A stretch of DNA of 64,000 nucleotides, taken from assembly GCA_047946875.1 (NCBI GenBank), contig CP181398.1, positions 79,154-143,153 on the forward strand, given 5' to 3'. Position 1 is the stretch's first letter, and each line of letters opens with the position of its first letter. The notes under the pieces are model-generated. The model saw only the letters and a program-made list of their open reading frames with translations, had not been told where the DNA came from and did no database searches. This DNA is from Candidatus Kerfeldbacteria bacterium (GTDB lineage Bacteria; Patescibacteriota; Patescibacteriia; UBA10025; JAHIVO01). A program made the translations under genes and the position numbers. Positions 20,249 to 30,052 of this stretch are shown here, in pieces.

Positions 20249-21523
20249 ATGTGGGAAAAAATAAGACAAATTTGGAAAATTAAGGATCTCCGTAATAAGA
20301 TTTTGTTTATTTTGGCTATGTTGGTTATTTTCCGATTAGCTGCTCATATTCCTATTCCAGGAATCAATATTGAAAATTTAAAGAATTTATTTCAATCGAA
20401 CCAATTGCTTGGTCTTTTGAATTTATTTTCTGGTGGTGGTATGGAAAATTTTTCAGTAGTTATGCTTGGTATTTCTCCTTATATTACTGCTTCGATTATT
20501 TTCCAATTATTAACAATGATTATTCCTAAATTGGAAGAAATGCAGAAGGAAGGTGAGTCTGGTAGAGCAAAATTAAATCAATATCAAAGAATATTAACTG
20601 TGCCTTTGGCAGCTATGTCAGGTTATGGAATGATTACATTCTTAAAATCATCGGGTCAAGGGATCGTCGATGAAATGTCAATATTTCAATTGGCCACCAC
20701 GATAATAACTATTACTGGTGGTACTATTTTCTTGATGTGGATAGGTGAGTTAATTACTGAGAAAAACATTGGCAATGGTATTTCATTATTAATTTTCGCC
20801 GGTATTGTGGCTAGTGTACCTACTCAGATACAACAAACATTAGCTACAATTGATTCAAATTCAATTGGTGCTTTAATAGCGTTTGCAATTATTTCAGTTA
20901 TTACAGTTGTTGGAATAGTAATTATTACTGAAGGGCAACGAAACATACCCGTTTCTTATGCGAAAAGGATCCGAGGCATGAAAATGTATGGTGGAGTAGA
21001 TACTCATTTGCCAATGAAGGTAAATCAAGCAGGTGTTATTCCAATTATTTTCGCAGTATCTATAGTCTTATTTCCTCCGATGATTGGTCAGTTTTTTGTA
21101 AATTCTGAAACTGCATGGTTGGCAAATTCCGCAGCTTTTGTAATTGATATTTTTCAAAATCAAGTATTTTATGCTGTGATATATTTCGTAATGGTTGTCG
21201 CATTCACATACTTTTATACAGCTGTTGTATTTCATCCAACTCAAATTTCAGAAAATTTACAGAAACAAGGTGGGTTCATTCCTGGTATTCGACCAGGGAA
21301 GCCAACTTCAGATTTTTTAAGTTATGTATCTAATAGAATTATATTGGGGGGTGCTTTATTCCTGGGCGTTATTGCTATATTACCAAATATCATAGCTTCG
21401 GTTACAAATATTACAACTCTGGTGATAGGTGGAACAAGTTTGTTAATTGTTGTATCTGTGGTTATTGAAATTGTTAAACAGGTTGAATCGCAATTAGTCA
21501 TGCGAAATTATGATGGATTTTAG
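20249..21523 (+). CDS. secY: preprotein translocase SecY
   Basis: LGISPYITASII, IGNGISLLIF, AGVIPIIFA, FIPGIRPG, GGTSLLIVV. Confidence 0.99.
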   Translation: MWEKIRQIWKIKDLRNKILFILAMLVIFRLAAHIPIPGINIENLKNLFQSNQLLGLLNLFSGGGMENFSVVMLGISPYITASIIFQLLTMIIPKLEEMQKEGESGRAKLNQYQRILTVPLAAMSGYGMITFLKSSGQGIVDEMSIFQLATTIITITGGTIFLMWIGELITEKNIGNGISLLIFAGIVASVPTQIQQTLATIDSNSIGALIAFAIISVITVVGIVIITEGQRNIPVSYAKRIRGMKMYGGVDTHLPMKVNQAGVIPIIFAVSIVLFPPMIGQFFVNSETAWLANSAAFVIDIFQNQVFYAVIYFVMVVAFTYFYTAVVFHPTQISENLQKQGGFIPGIRPGKPTSDFLSYVSNRIILGGALFLGVIAILPNIIASVTNITTLVIGGTSLLIVVSVVIEIVKQVESQLVMRNYDGF

Positions 21524-21543
21524 TAAGGCCATTATAATCTAAC

Positions 21544-21572
21544 TAACGACTTTTTATTAGTCGTTTTTTTAT
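21544..21572 (+). terminator. intrinsic terminator after secY
   Basis: AACGAC...GTCGTT followed by a T run. Confidence 0.6.
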
Positions 21573-21602
21573 TTATTAATAAATTAGGGTATACTTAATA
21601 TT

Positions 21603-22202
21603 ATGAATAATAAACAAAAAATAGTTGCCTTAGTTGGCATGTCCGGAGCCGGTAAAAGTGAAGTGGCTGATAAATTTGTTGAAGCTGGTTATGAGTATTT
21701 ACGATTTGGACAGATTACTTTGGATGAAGTAAAAAAACGAGGGCTAGAGCCAAAAGAAGAAAACGAAAGACCAATTCGTGAAGCATTTAGAAAAGAACAT
21801 GGGATGGCTGCCTTTGCTATTTTAAACATGCCAAAGATGGATAAAATTTTATCTAATGGAAAAAATGTTTTGGCTGATGGTTTATACAGCTGGTCGGAGT
21901 ATAAGGTACTAAAAGATAAGTATAAAGATAACCTTATCGTGGTGGCTGTGTATGCACCTCCAGAAGTACGTTATGCTAGATTGGAAGATAGAAGATCTAA
22001 ATATAAAGATGATCCAAATATGAAATATCGATCATTTTCTAATTCAGAAGCAAAATCACGTGATTATTCAGAAATTGAAAATATTGAAAAAGCAGGTCCG
22101 ATAGCTATGGCAAATTATACAATAGTAAATACATTAACTTTAGAAAGTTTACATAAATGTATTGAATATATAATAAATGAAATTAATAATGGAAAAAAAT
22201 AA
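21603..22202 (+). CDS. P-loop nucleotide kinase family protein (dephospho-CoA kinase/NMP kinase-like)
   Basis: GMSGAGKS Walker A, DG..S..E, RYARL, RDYSEIE...GPIAMANYTIVN. Confidence 0.7.
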   Translation: MNNKQKIVALVGMSGAGKSEVADKFVEAGYEYLRFGQITLDEVKKRGLEPKEENERPIREAFRKEHGMAAFAILNMPKMDKILSNGKNVLADGLYSWSEYKVLKDKYKDNLIVVAVYAPPEVRYARLEDRRSKYKDDPNMKYRSFSNSEAKSRDYSEIENIEKAGPIAMANYTIVNTLTLESLHKCIEYIINEINNGKK

Positions 22203-22851
22203 ACAATATAATATAATTATATTAGGTCCACAAGGTTCCGGTAAAGGATCACAGGCTATTCTTCTGGCTGAGAATTTTAATTTTGTTCATATTGAAACAG
22301 GAAAAATCTTTAGAAAGATGGCAAAGACTAATACTCCTTTAGGTATAAAAATTAATAATTTAATAAATATAAAAGGATCTTTAGTAAATGATGATCTTGT
22401 AATGAAAGTATTAATTAAATCATTGAGCAAAGTTCCAAAGAAAGATGGCTTACTATTTGATGGATTTCCTAGAACTTTAAATCAAGCAAAAGGTTTGGAT
22501 AAAATATTTGAAACAATTAATCGTGAATTAACACACGTTATATATATGCCGATTAAAAAAGCAACAACTTTGAAAAGGCTTACCAGGCGTAGGACTTGTG
22601 ATAAATGTGGAAAAATATTTATAAGTGGCGTTAATATAAAATCTAGTGTAACTAAATGCCCAGTTTGCAAAGGTAAAATAATACAACGGGAAGATGATAA
22701 ACCAAAAGCAATTTTAAAAAGACTTGATATTTTTAATAAACAAACAAAACCAATAATTAATTATTATATAAAACGTGGTCTAGTAATAAAAGTGGACGGT
22801 GAACCAACCATTAAGCAGGTATATAAAGTAGTTTTAAGAATTCTAAAATAA
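22189..22851 (+). CDS. adk: adenylate kinase (Zn-lid type)
   Basis: GPQGSGKG, DGFPRT, CDKC...CPVC lid, QREDD. Confidence 0.9.
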   Translation: MEKNKQYNIIILGPQGSGKGSQAILLAENFNFVHIETGKIFRKMAKTNTPLGIKINNLINIKGSLVNDDLVMKVLIKSLSKVPKKDGLLFDGFPRTLNQAKGLDKIFETINRELTHVIYMPIKKATTLKRLTRRRTCDKCGKIFISGVNIKSSVTKCPVCKGKIIQREDDKPKAILKRLDIFNKQTKPIINYYIKRGLVIKVDGEPTIKQVYKVVLRILK

Positions 22852-22853
22852 TT

Positions 22854-23600
22854 ATGTCTTTAATAAAAACAGTAGCAGAGATTAAAATAATTGAAGAGGG
22901 TGGTAAGATTTTGGCTGAAATTTTGAATTTAACTATTAGTAAATTAAAGATAGGAATGAGTACAATGGAACTAGATGCAATTGCTCAAACTTTTTTTGAT
23001 AAGTCTCCAGGAGTGCCATCGTTTAAAAATTACGAAGGTTTTCCGGCAGCAACCTGTATATCTGTAAATGATGGGGTGGTACATGGAATTCCTAAAAAGG
23101 ATAAAATACTCAAAGATGGTGATATTGTTGGGATTGATTTGGGTTTAAAATATAAAGGTTTATATACTGATATGGCTAAAACCGTCCCAGTAGGAAAAAT
23201 TACTAAAAGTAATGAAAAATTATTATCTGTTACAAAAAAATCTTTAGAACTAGGTATTAGTCAGGCAAGACCAGGCAATAAAATTGGAGATATTGGATTC
23301 GCCGTACAGAACTATGCAGAAAAAATGGGCTTTTCTGTAGTTAGGACATTAGTGGGTCATGGTGTGGGTCATGAAGTACATGAAGAGCCTAGAGTACCCA
23401 ATTTTGGTACAAAGGGTCAGGGTGGAGATATTTTAGAAGGAATGGTCTTGGCAATTGAACCAATGTTAAATATTGGAAAATACGACGTAGAGACTAGTAG
23501 TGATCAATGGACGATAACAACAGTAGATGGCAGCTTATCTGCCCATTTTGAGCATACTATTGCTGTTACAGCAAAGGGGGCTAAAGTATTAACTCTCTAA
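22854..23600 (+). CDS. map: methionine aminopeptidase type I
   Basis: CISVNDGVVHGIP, GHGVG, AIEPM, SAHFEHT. Confidence 0.97.
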   Translation: MSLIKTVAEIKIIEEGGKILAEILNLTISKLKIGMSTMELDAIAQTFFDKSPGVPSFKNYEGFPAATCISVNDGVVHGIPKKDKILKDGDIVGIDLGLKYKGLYTDMAKTVPVGKITKSNEKLLSVTKKSLELGISQARPGNKIGDIGFAVQNYAEKMGFSVVRTLVGHGVGHEVHEEPRVPNFGTKGQGGDILEGMVLAIEPMLNIGKYDVETSSDQWTITTVDGSLSAHFEHTIAVTAKGAKVLTL

Positions 23601-23609
23601 TCAAAGGTT

Positions 23610-24023
23610 ATGTCAAAAATATTAGGAATTGATTATGGTGGCCATCGGATGGGTTTGGCGATCTCAGATGAGGGATGGCAATATGCATTTATTTTTAAAA
23701 CTTTAGACTTTACATCTAAGACGTTAATGAAAGATTTAGTCGAGATTTGTCATGATGAAAAGGTAAAAAAAATAATATTAGGTTTGCCATTAAATCAACA
23801 TGGTGAGGTTGGCCCAAAAGCTCAGGAAGTAACAGATTGGGCAAAAGAAGTAGAAATGTTATTGAAAATACCTATTATTTTTGAGGATGAACGATTTACT
23901 TCAGTGATGTCAAAGAAATTATTACATAATTCGGGTCGTAAAAAGAAACGTCCTAAAGGTGATATCGATCAACAGTCCGCTCGACTTATATTACAAGCAT
24001 ATTTAGATAAACAACATGGATAA
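23610..24023 (+). CDS. yqgF: pre-16S rRNA nuclease YqgF/RuvX
   Basis: ILGIDYG, GLP, DERFTS, ID..SA..ILQ. Confidence 0.93.
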   Translation: MSKILGIDYGGHRMGLAISDEGWQYAFIFKTLDFTSKTLMKDLVEICHDEKVKKIILGLPLNQHGEVGPKAQEVTDWAKEVEMLLKIPIIFEDERFTSVMSKKLLHNSGRKKKRPKGDIDQQSARLILQAYLDKQHG

Positions 24024-25131
24024 TTATTTATCAATTATTGACTATATCATTCCATTTTTCGCTGCTTTTATTTTATCGTTGATCTTTACTTATTTTGTTA
24101 GAAAAATTGCTATTGCAAAACAAATAGTTGATAAAGCTGATGAAACTAATGAGCGTAAAATTCATAAAACTAATATACCATTACTTGGTGGAATAGCTAT
24201 TTTTATTAGTGTTGTATTAGTAGTATTAATTTACACTTTGTTTTCAGATCGGATACTTGGAGGATATGTATTACCAAAGTATTTGTGGGGGATGTTAATT
24301 GCCGGTATTTTATTAATGCTCGGAGGTTTTTTAGATGATAAATATAATTTAAAACCTTCTAAGCAAATCATGTGGCCTATTTTAGCAACACTAACAGTAA
24401 TAGGTGTTGGGATTGGAATAAATTATATTACTAATCCTTTCGGAGGCACAATAAATTTTGATACAATAAAAATTGAACTTTTTACAATAGAAAATATTCC
24501 ATATTATTTTATTGTTTTAGCTGATATTTTTGCATTTCTTTGGCTGATGGGTATGATGTACACAACTAAGTTTTTAGATGGACTGGATGGATTGGTGTCT
24601 GGTATAACGACTATTGGAGCATTTATATTATTCTTTTTAAGTCTTAACTCTGATGTAGCTCAACCCGAAACCGCATTATTATCTATAATTTTGGCAGGAG
24701 CTACGGCCGGTTTTCTGATATGGAATTTTCACCCAGCAAAAATATTTTTAGGTGAAGGCGGAAGTTTGTTTATGGGTTTTATGCTTGGAGTATTATCTAT
24801 TATTTCAGGAGCAAAGATAGCCACAGCTTTACTAATTATGGGGATTCCTATATTGGATGTTGTTTGGGTAATTATTAGAAGGGTTTTAATTGATAAGAAG
24901 TCACCATTTTCCTCAGCTGATAAAAAACATCTTCATTTCAGGTTATTGGATGTTGGCTTATCACACAGACAAGTAGTTTTATTATTATATTTTATTAGTT
25001 TGTCGTTTGGCAGTGTGGCAATATTTATGTCTGGTCAAGAAAAATTTATTGCACTTTGTTTAATGGTTTTTGTGATGATTTTATTCGTTTGGTTCATCAT
25101 AAAACGTTATCGTAACAGGAAAATTAATTAA
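24016..25131 (+). CDS. MraY/WecA/TagO family undecaprenyl-phosphate GlcNAc-1-P transferase
   Basis: PLLGG, GFLDD, LDGLDGL, NFHPAKIFLG, HLH. Confidence 0.9.
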   Translation: MDNYLSIIDYIIPFFAAFILSLIFTYFVRKIAIAKQIVDKADETNERKIHKTNIPLLGGIAIFISVVLVVLIYTLFSDRILGGYVLPKYLWGMLIAGILLMLGGFLDDKYNLKPSKQIMWPILATLTVIGVGIGINYITNPFGGTINFDTIKIELFTIENIPYYFIVLADIFAFLWLMGMMYTTKFLDGLDGLVSGITTIGAFILFFLSLNSDVAQPETALLSIILAGATAGFLIWNFHPAKIFLGEGGSLFMGFMLGVLSIISGAKIATALLIMGIPILDVVWVIIRRVLIDKKSPFSSADKKHLHFRLLDVGLSHRQVVLLLYFISLSFGSVAIFMSGQEKFIALCLMVFVMILFVWFIIKRYRNRKIN

Positions 25132-25141
25132 TTGTTTAAAT

Positions 25142-25630
25142 ATGAAAATTAAAGGATTTAGTAAAACTTTTTGGATATTAATAATGATGTTAATCATATT
25201 TGGAATTATTTTTTGGTCGGTAGGTGGCTCAAGAGTTGTTGATGAAGCACCGTATTATCTTAAGTCAGTGATTGGTGAAGCTAGCAAGGTTGTAATAAAT
25301 AATCAAGAATTTGGAGTAGAATTGGCAAGAACAGAAAGAGCTAGATTAAAGGGATTGTCTAAAAGGGACTACCTTGCGCCAGATAAAGGGATGTTGTTTA
25401 TTTTTGATGAACCGGGTATTTATTCTTTTACAATGAAGGATACAAGTATTTCTTTGGATATTATTTGGATATTGGAAGATGAAATTACATATATTAAAAG
25501 TAGAGCAATGCCTGGTGAAGAAATTATTACTCCTAATAATAATGCTAATTATGTGTTGGAAGTTAGACCTGGGAATGCATCTGTAGGAGGATGGAAAGTG
25601 GGTGATAAAGTAGAGATTAATCTTGACTGA
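25142..25630 (+). CDS. DUF192 family protein
   Basis: VELA.T...GLS.R, GMLFIF, MKDT..SLDIIW, YVLEV. Confidence 0.88.
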   Translation: MKIKGFSKTFWILIMMLIIFGIIFWSVGGSRVVDEAPYYLKSVIGEASKVVINNQEFGVELARTERARLKGLSKRDYLAPDKGMLFIFDEPGIYSFTMKDTSISLDIIWILEDEITYIKSRAMPGEEIITPNNNANYVLEVRPGNASVGGWKVGDKVEINLD

Positions 25631-25690
25631 TATAAGTAAGTTTGATAATATAAATATCACATTATCTTAATAAATATATAATCATAAAAT

Positions 25691-26011
25691 ATGAAAATTG
25701 CAGTAATTGCCACCGGAGGCAAGCAGTATCTAGTAAAAGAGGGAGATACGTTAAAAGTAGAAAAACTTAATAAAAAAAAGGATGCTGAAGTAACTTTTAG
25801 TAAAGTATTACTATATTCTGATGGTAAGAAAACAGAAGTAGGACAACCTTCTGTTAAAGGAGTTAAAGTAACTGGTAAAGTGTTGGAAGAGGCACGAAGT
25901 AGAAAAGTTATGGTTGTTAAATATAAATCAAAAATTCGCTACAAAAGAACTCTTGGACATAGACAGCATTTTACGAAAATCAAAATAGAGAAAATTGTTG
26001 TAGGAAAATAA
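25691..26011 (+). CDS. rplU: 50S ribosomal protein bL21
   Basis: AVIATGGKQYLV, GHRQ. Confidence 0.98.
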   Translation: MKIAVIATGGKQYLVKEGDTLKVEKLNKKKDAEVTFSKVLLYSDGKKTEVGQPSVKGVKVTGKVLEEARSRKVMVVKYKSKIRYKRTLGHRQHFTKIKIEKIVVGK

Positions 26012-26018
26012 TATTAAA

Positions 26019-26058
26019 TAAAAAACAGTCTGATCGTATATGATAGGTTGTTTTTTTA
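26019..26058. terminator. bidirectional terminator between convergent rplU and recR
   Basis: A-run, hairpin, T-run. Confidence 0.55.
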
Positions 26059-26658
26059 TTATACTTCCTGTCTACCTTTTAGGGCACTGGCAATAGTTAT
26101 TTCGTCAGCGTATTCGATGGTTGAACCGATTGGTAGTCCTTTTGCAAGTTTTGTAATTTTGATTTTTAATGGTTTTAATTGCTGAGTTATATACATAGCT
26201 GTAGATTCTCCTTCTAGGTCTGGGTTTGTTGCAATAATAATTTCTTGGTAGCCATTGTTTTTAATCCTATTTACTAGTTCTTTTATTTTTAATTGATCTG
26301 GGGTGATATTATGAGCAGGATTAATTACGCCTCCTAAGACGTGATAAGAACCATTATAATCTCCTGTTTTTTCTATTACTAGGATATCTTGGGGTTCAGA
26401 TACAATACATAGTAGCTTATTGTCGCGGGTTTTGTCTTCGCATATTTGGCATGGATTTTGAGTAGAAACATTAAAACAATAATTACATATTTTAACTAAG
26501 TTTTTTAATTCGGCAATATTATTTAATAGAAGTTTGATGCTGTCTGGATTTTGTTTCATCAAATAAAAAACAACTCGTTCAGCCGCTTTCGGACCAAGTC
26601 CGGGCCAGCGAGATAGTTTTTCTATTAAATTATTTATTGGTTCAGGATATTGAGACAT
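26059..26658 (-). CDS. recR: recombination mediator RecR
   Basis: PGLGPKAAER, C4 zinc finger, YHVLGG, ATNPDLEGEST TOPRIM. Confidence 0.97.
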   Translation of the reverse strand: MSQYPEPINNLIEKLSRWPGLGPKAAERVVFYLMKQNPDSIKLLLNNIAELKNLVKICNYCFNVSTQNPCQICEDKTRDNKLLCIVSEPQDILVIEKTGDYNGSYHVLGGVINPAHNITPDQLKIKELVNRIKNNGYQEIIIATNPDLEGESTAMYITQQLKPLKIKITKLAKGLPIGSTIEYADEITIASALKGRQEV

Positions 26659-26659
26659 A

Positions 26660-26956
26660 TTACATCCCAGGTATGTTTAATCCGCCCATACTTTGCATTT
26701 TTTGAGCCATTACTCTCTGAGCTTTTTTTACAGCATCGTTGGTTGCATCCTTAATACCTTTTTCTAACTCTTCTTTTTTGTCAGGAGTCAATAATTCTGG
26801 ATCAATCTCTACACTAAGAACTTCTTGATTGCCATCCATAACAATATTTACTTTACCATGAATTGCTTCAGCGTTTACAGTTTCTTCAGCCAACATTGTT
26901 TTCATCTGGTTTGCTTGATCTCTTAAATTTTTTAGATCTTTTATTTTATTGAACAT
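26660..26956 (-). CDS. ybaB: YbaB/EbfC nucleoid-associated protein
   Basis: Adjacent to recR, GKVNIVMDG..SVEIDP, ATNDA. Confidence 0.9.
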   Translation of the reverse strand: MFNKIKDLKNLRDQANQMKTMLAEETVNAEAIHGKVNIVMDGNQEVLSVEIDPELLTPDKKEELEKGIKDATNDAVKKAQRVMAQKMQSMGGLNIPGM

Positions 26957-26967
26957 ATATTTATTTA

Positions 26968-28338
26968 TTAATTAAAAGGTTCTTCAACGGCCATTTTTTT
27001 ATCAAGGTTTTTGAAAGAAACTAAGTTTTCGTCAAAGAATAAATTTATTATGCCAGTTGGACCGTTACGATGTTTTGCTACGTAAATTTCTGAAATATTT
27101 TTTTTGGCTGGATCTAAATCTTTTTTATACATAGATTCTCTATAAATAAACATTACGATATCAGCATCTTGCTCAATTGAACCAGATTCTCTTAGATCGG
27201 CTAATTTTGGTATAGGGGGAGTACGAGATTCAACAGCACGAGATAATTGTGATAGGGCTAGGACAGGTATATTGAGTTCTCTAGCAATTTGTTTTAGAGA
27301 TCTAGTGATTTCACTAATTTCTTGAACACGATTTTCACTATTAGTACGACCTTGCATAAGCTGTAAATAATCAATAATAATTAGTCCAAGATTATGCTCT
27401 GCTTGCAATCTTCTCGCTTTAGTTCTAATTTCCATGATGTTTGCTGAGGCAGTATCGTCTATAAAGATGGGAGCTTCGGATAGAACACCCATAGCATTTC
27501 CAATTCTAGAAAAGTCTTCATCTTCAGATAATTTACCAGTTCTCATTCTCCAAAGATCTACCCCGGCTTGTGAGCAGAGGAGTCTGTCGACAAGTTGTTC
27601 TTTACTCATTTCCAAACTAAATAGACCGACTGGTATTTTAGATCCAATAGCAACTTGTTTGGCTATATCGAGTGCCAGAGTAGTTTTACCCATAGAAGGT
27701 CTAGCAGCTAAAATAATTAAATCAGATTTTTGTAATCCAGCTAATAGATTGTCCATATCTGTAAATCCTGTTGGCACACCTCTAAGTTTACCAGATTCTT
27801 TATGGAGCTCATCAATCCTGTCGAATGCTTCTGTTAGGACTGATTTAATAGGAATAAAATTTTGTTTCAGATGTTTTTGTGAAACGCCAAAAATTCTTTG
27901 TTCCGCTTCATCGAGTAATTTGTCTACGCTTTCTGTTTCTTGGTAGCCTAGCTCAGTTATTTGGGATGCTGCATTTAGTAATCTACGTAAGGTTGCTTTT
28001 TTTTGAACAATATTTGCATAACTAAAAATATGTGATGAACTTGGCACCATGTTAGCTAAACTTGCTAAATAACTTCTTCCACCAATAGTTTCTAGCTTTC
28101 CCTTTTCGTTTAAGTTGTTTGATAATGATACTACGTCAATTGGTTCACGGTTTTGATATAGGTCAGCCATGGACTCATATATCATGCCATGAATATCTTT
28201 ATAGAAATCATCTGGGTTAATTATATCTGCTATCTTTGTGATTGCTTCTTTATCAATTAAAAGAGACCCTAAAACAGATTGTTCAGCTTCAAGGTTCTGT
28301 GGTGGTAATTTCTCAATATTGCTTGTTTTTTTTGCCAT
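26968..28338 (-). CDS. dnaB: replicative DNA helicase
   Basis: PPQNLEAEQSVLG, AARPSMGKT, DYLQL, SQLSR, DLRESGSIEQDAD. No intein. Confidence 0.99.
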   Translation of the reverse strand: MAKKTSNIEKLPPQNLEAEQSVLGSLLIDKEAITKIADIINPDDFYKDIHGMIYESMADLYQNREPIDVVSLSNNLNEKGKLETIGGRSYLASLANMVPSSSHIFSYANIVQKKATLRRLLNAASQITELGYQETESVDKLLDEAEQRIFGVSQKHLKQNFIPIKSVLTEAFDRIDELHKESGKLRGVPTGFTDMDNLLAGLQKSDLIILAARPSMGKTTLALDIAKQVAIGSKIPVGLFSLEMSKEQLVDRLLCSQAGVDLWRMRTGKLSEDEDFSRIGNAMGVLSEAPIFIDDTASANIMEIRTKARRLQAEHNLGLIIIDYLQLMQGRTNSENRVQEISEITRSLKQIARELNIPVLALSQLSRAVESRTPPIPKLADLRESGSIEQDADIVMFIYRESMYKKDLDPAKKNISEIYVAKHRNGPTGIINLFFDENLVSFKNLDKKMAVEEPFN

Positions 28339-28448
28339 TTAGGAATTTTTGTAATGTTTTTAGTGTATATATTTTAGCTTAAGAAGCTATTTAATTCAAG
28401 GGCTATAAACACACAAATCCTACACATATTATCCACCTTCTTAAATTA

Positions 28449-28477
28449 TTGACAAAAATGAGTTTGATTGGTATTAT
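28449..28477 (+). promoter_or_regulatory. sigma70 promoter
   Basis: TTGACA, 17 bp spacer, TGg-TATTAT. Confidence 0.65.
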
Positions 28478-28532
28478 CTAACAAAATTGATCTTTATTGT
28501 TTAAATATAACTTTTTCAGGAGGCTTAGAAAA

Positions 28533-28730
28533 ATGGCAAAAAAGGATTTTGTATTAAGAGGCAAAAAAGGTAATCGGCAGATGTTTCATAAGATCACAGG
28601 AAATCTTATCGGTGAAGAAGATAAGAGCGGACAATGGACAGGTCCATCAGATGGTCCTGATGCATTGACCGTAAATACCCCTGAGTTGCTACGTAGCGCT
28701 CAAAAAGCTGCTAGCGAAAAGTATTTATAG
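28533..28730 (+). CDS. small hypothetical protein, 65 aa
   Basis: AGGAGG SD upstream of ATG 28533, own promoter and downstream hairpin/T-run (about 28747-28780). Confidence 0.65.
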   Translation: MAKKDFVLRGKKGNRQMFHKITGNLIGEEDKSGQWTGPSDGPDALTVNTPELLRSAQKAASEKYL

Positions 28731-28833
28731 TAAATATAAATAATATGATCGGTTGGATTAATTTCTTACCGATTTTTTTTAACAAAATCACCTTAAGGTT
28801 AGTTAAAGCGATCTATAATAATCAAGAATCCTC

Positions 28834-28907
28834 TGAGCCGTGGGGGACTCGAACCTCCGACACCCTGCTTAAAAGGCAGGTGCTCTAACCAACTGAGCTA
28901 ACGGCCC
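28834..28907 (-). tRNA. tRNA-Lys (TTT), CCA not encoded
   Basis: GGGCCGTTAGCTCAGTTGGTTAGAGCA-CCTGC-CTTTTAA-GCAGG...GGTTCGAGTCC...ACGGCTCA cloverleaf. Confidence 0.95.
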
Positions 28908-29069
28908 AAGGAATCTTTGACTAGTTTATTAATGTATATAATATATAAAGTACAGGAAAACAATAAGCCTATGGCTCGTATATGCATAAAATACTAACAG
29001 AATGTATTTTTTTTGGCAAGAGCTGAAAAATTTAGTATAATATAAGCATAATTAAGTAATAATAATAAT

Positions 29070-29849
29070 ATGGGTTATTTCGTAGTTTTTATAGTAATTT
29101 TCATTTTATTAATCTCTATTAGACAGATTAATCAGTATCAAAGAGGGGTTAAATTTACAATGGGTAGGTATACTTCCACTGTTGAACCTGGTTGGCGATT
29201 AGTAATTCCAATTTTTCAAATGATGAAAAAAGTGGATATGCGTGTAGTAGCAATCGATGTGCCAGATCAGGATGCTATTACTAGGGATAATGTCACAATT
29301 AAAGTAAATGCTGTTTTGTATTTTAAGGTTACTGATGCTAGAGCAGCGATTATTGAAGTAGAGCATTATTCTTATGCTGTGTCTCAAGTGGCCCAGACTA
29401 CGATGAGAGATATTGTTGGTGAAACAGAGTTGGATGAACTATTACAAAAACGAGACGAAATTTCAAAGAAAATCCAATCTATAGTTGATAAAGCCACTGA
29501 CGAATGGGGTATTAAGGTTGTAGCTGTTGAATTAAAACATATTGAATTACCTGAGAATATGCAGAGAACAATAGCAAAACAGGCAGAGGCAGAGAGAGAA
29601 AGAAGAGCAGTTATTATTAAAGCAGAGGGTGAAGTAGCTTCAGCAGATAATATGGCTAAAGCCGCACAAAGGTTAGCTGAGGCTCCTGGCGCATTACATC
29701 TAAGAACATTACAATCAATAAATGATTTATCATCAGATCAGTCAAATACAGTTGTTTTTGCTATGCCAATAGAAGCATTAAGAGCAATGGAAGGTATGGG
29801 TAGATTTATGAATAAAAAGGCTGATGATGTAAAAATTGAGAAAAAGTAA
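29070..29849 (+). CDS. SPFH/stomatin (slipin) family protein
   Basis: ITRDNV, AQTTMR, WGIKV..VE.K, QAEAERERRA, ALHLRTLQ. Confidence 0.93.
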   Translation: MGYFVVFIVIFILLISIRQINQYQRGVKFTMGRYTSTVEPGWRLVIPIFQMMKKVDMRVVAIDVPDQDAITRDNVTIKVNAVLYFKVTDARAAIIEVEHYSYAVSQVAQTTMRDIVGETELDELLQKRDEISKKIQSIVDKATDEWGIKVVAVELKHIELPENMQRTIAKQAEAERERRAVIIKAEGEVASADNMAKAAQRLAEAPGALHLRTLQSINDLSSDQSNTVVFAMPIEALRAMEGMGRFMNKKADDVKIEKK

Positions 29850-29863
29850 AACTAGCTCAGGGC

Positions 29864-29892
29864 TTGACAAAAAGAAGTTTTTAATATATAAT
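29864..29892 (+). promoter_or_regulatory. perfect consensus sigma70 promoter
   Basis: TTGACA (29864-29869), 17 bp spacer, TATAAT (29887-29892). Confidence 0.85.
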
Positions 29893-29917
29893 CATTTAAA
29901 TAGTAAAATAAATATTT

Positions 29918-30007
29918 ATGGAGACAAGTGGAGGACAAATAATTGTAATAATAATTCTAATAGTATTTGGTGCCGCATTTTATTTCTATACTAAAAAAAA
30001 GTTTTAA
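29918..30007 (+). CDS. putative single-TM microprotein, 29 aa
   Basis: METSGGQIIVIIILIVFGAAFYFYTKKKF, directly after the consensus promoter. Confidence 0.55.
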   Translation: METSGGQIIVIIILIVFGAAFYFYTKKKF

Positions 30008-30052
30008 ATAATTAATTAATAAATCTATATTAATATAGAGAGGGGGTGGATT

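Noticed and set aside
27434-27946. 170-aa ORF antisense to dnaB, and the many other short antisense ORFs in the track
   Set aside because: They are shadow frames of well-conserved genes, with no motifs or expression signals
26968-28338. Intein or intron in dnaB or the r-protein genes
   Set aside because: Normal lengths and contiguous motifs
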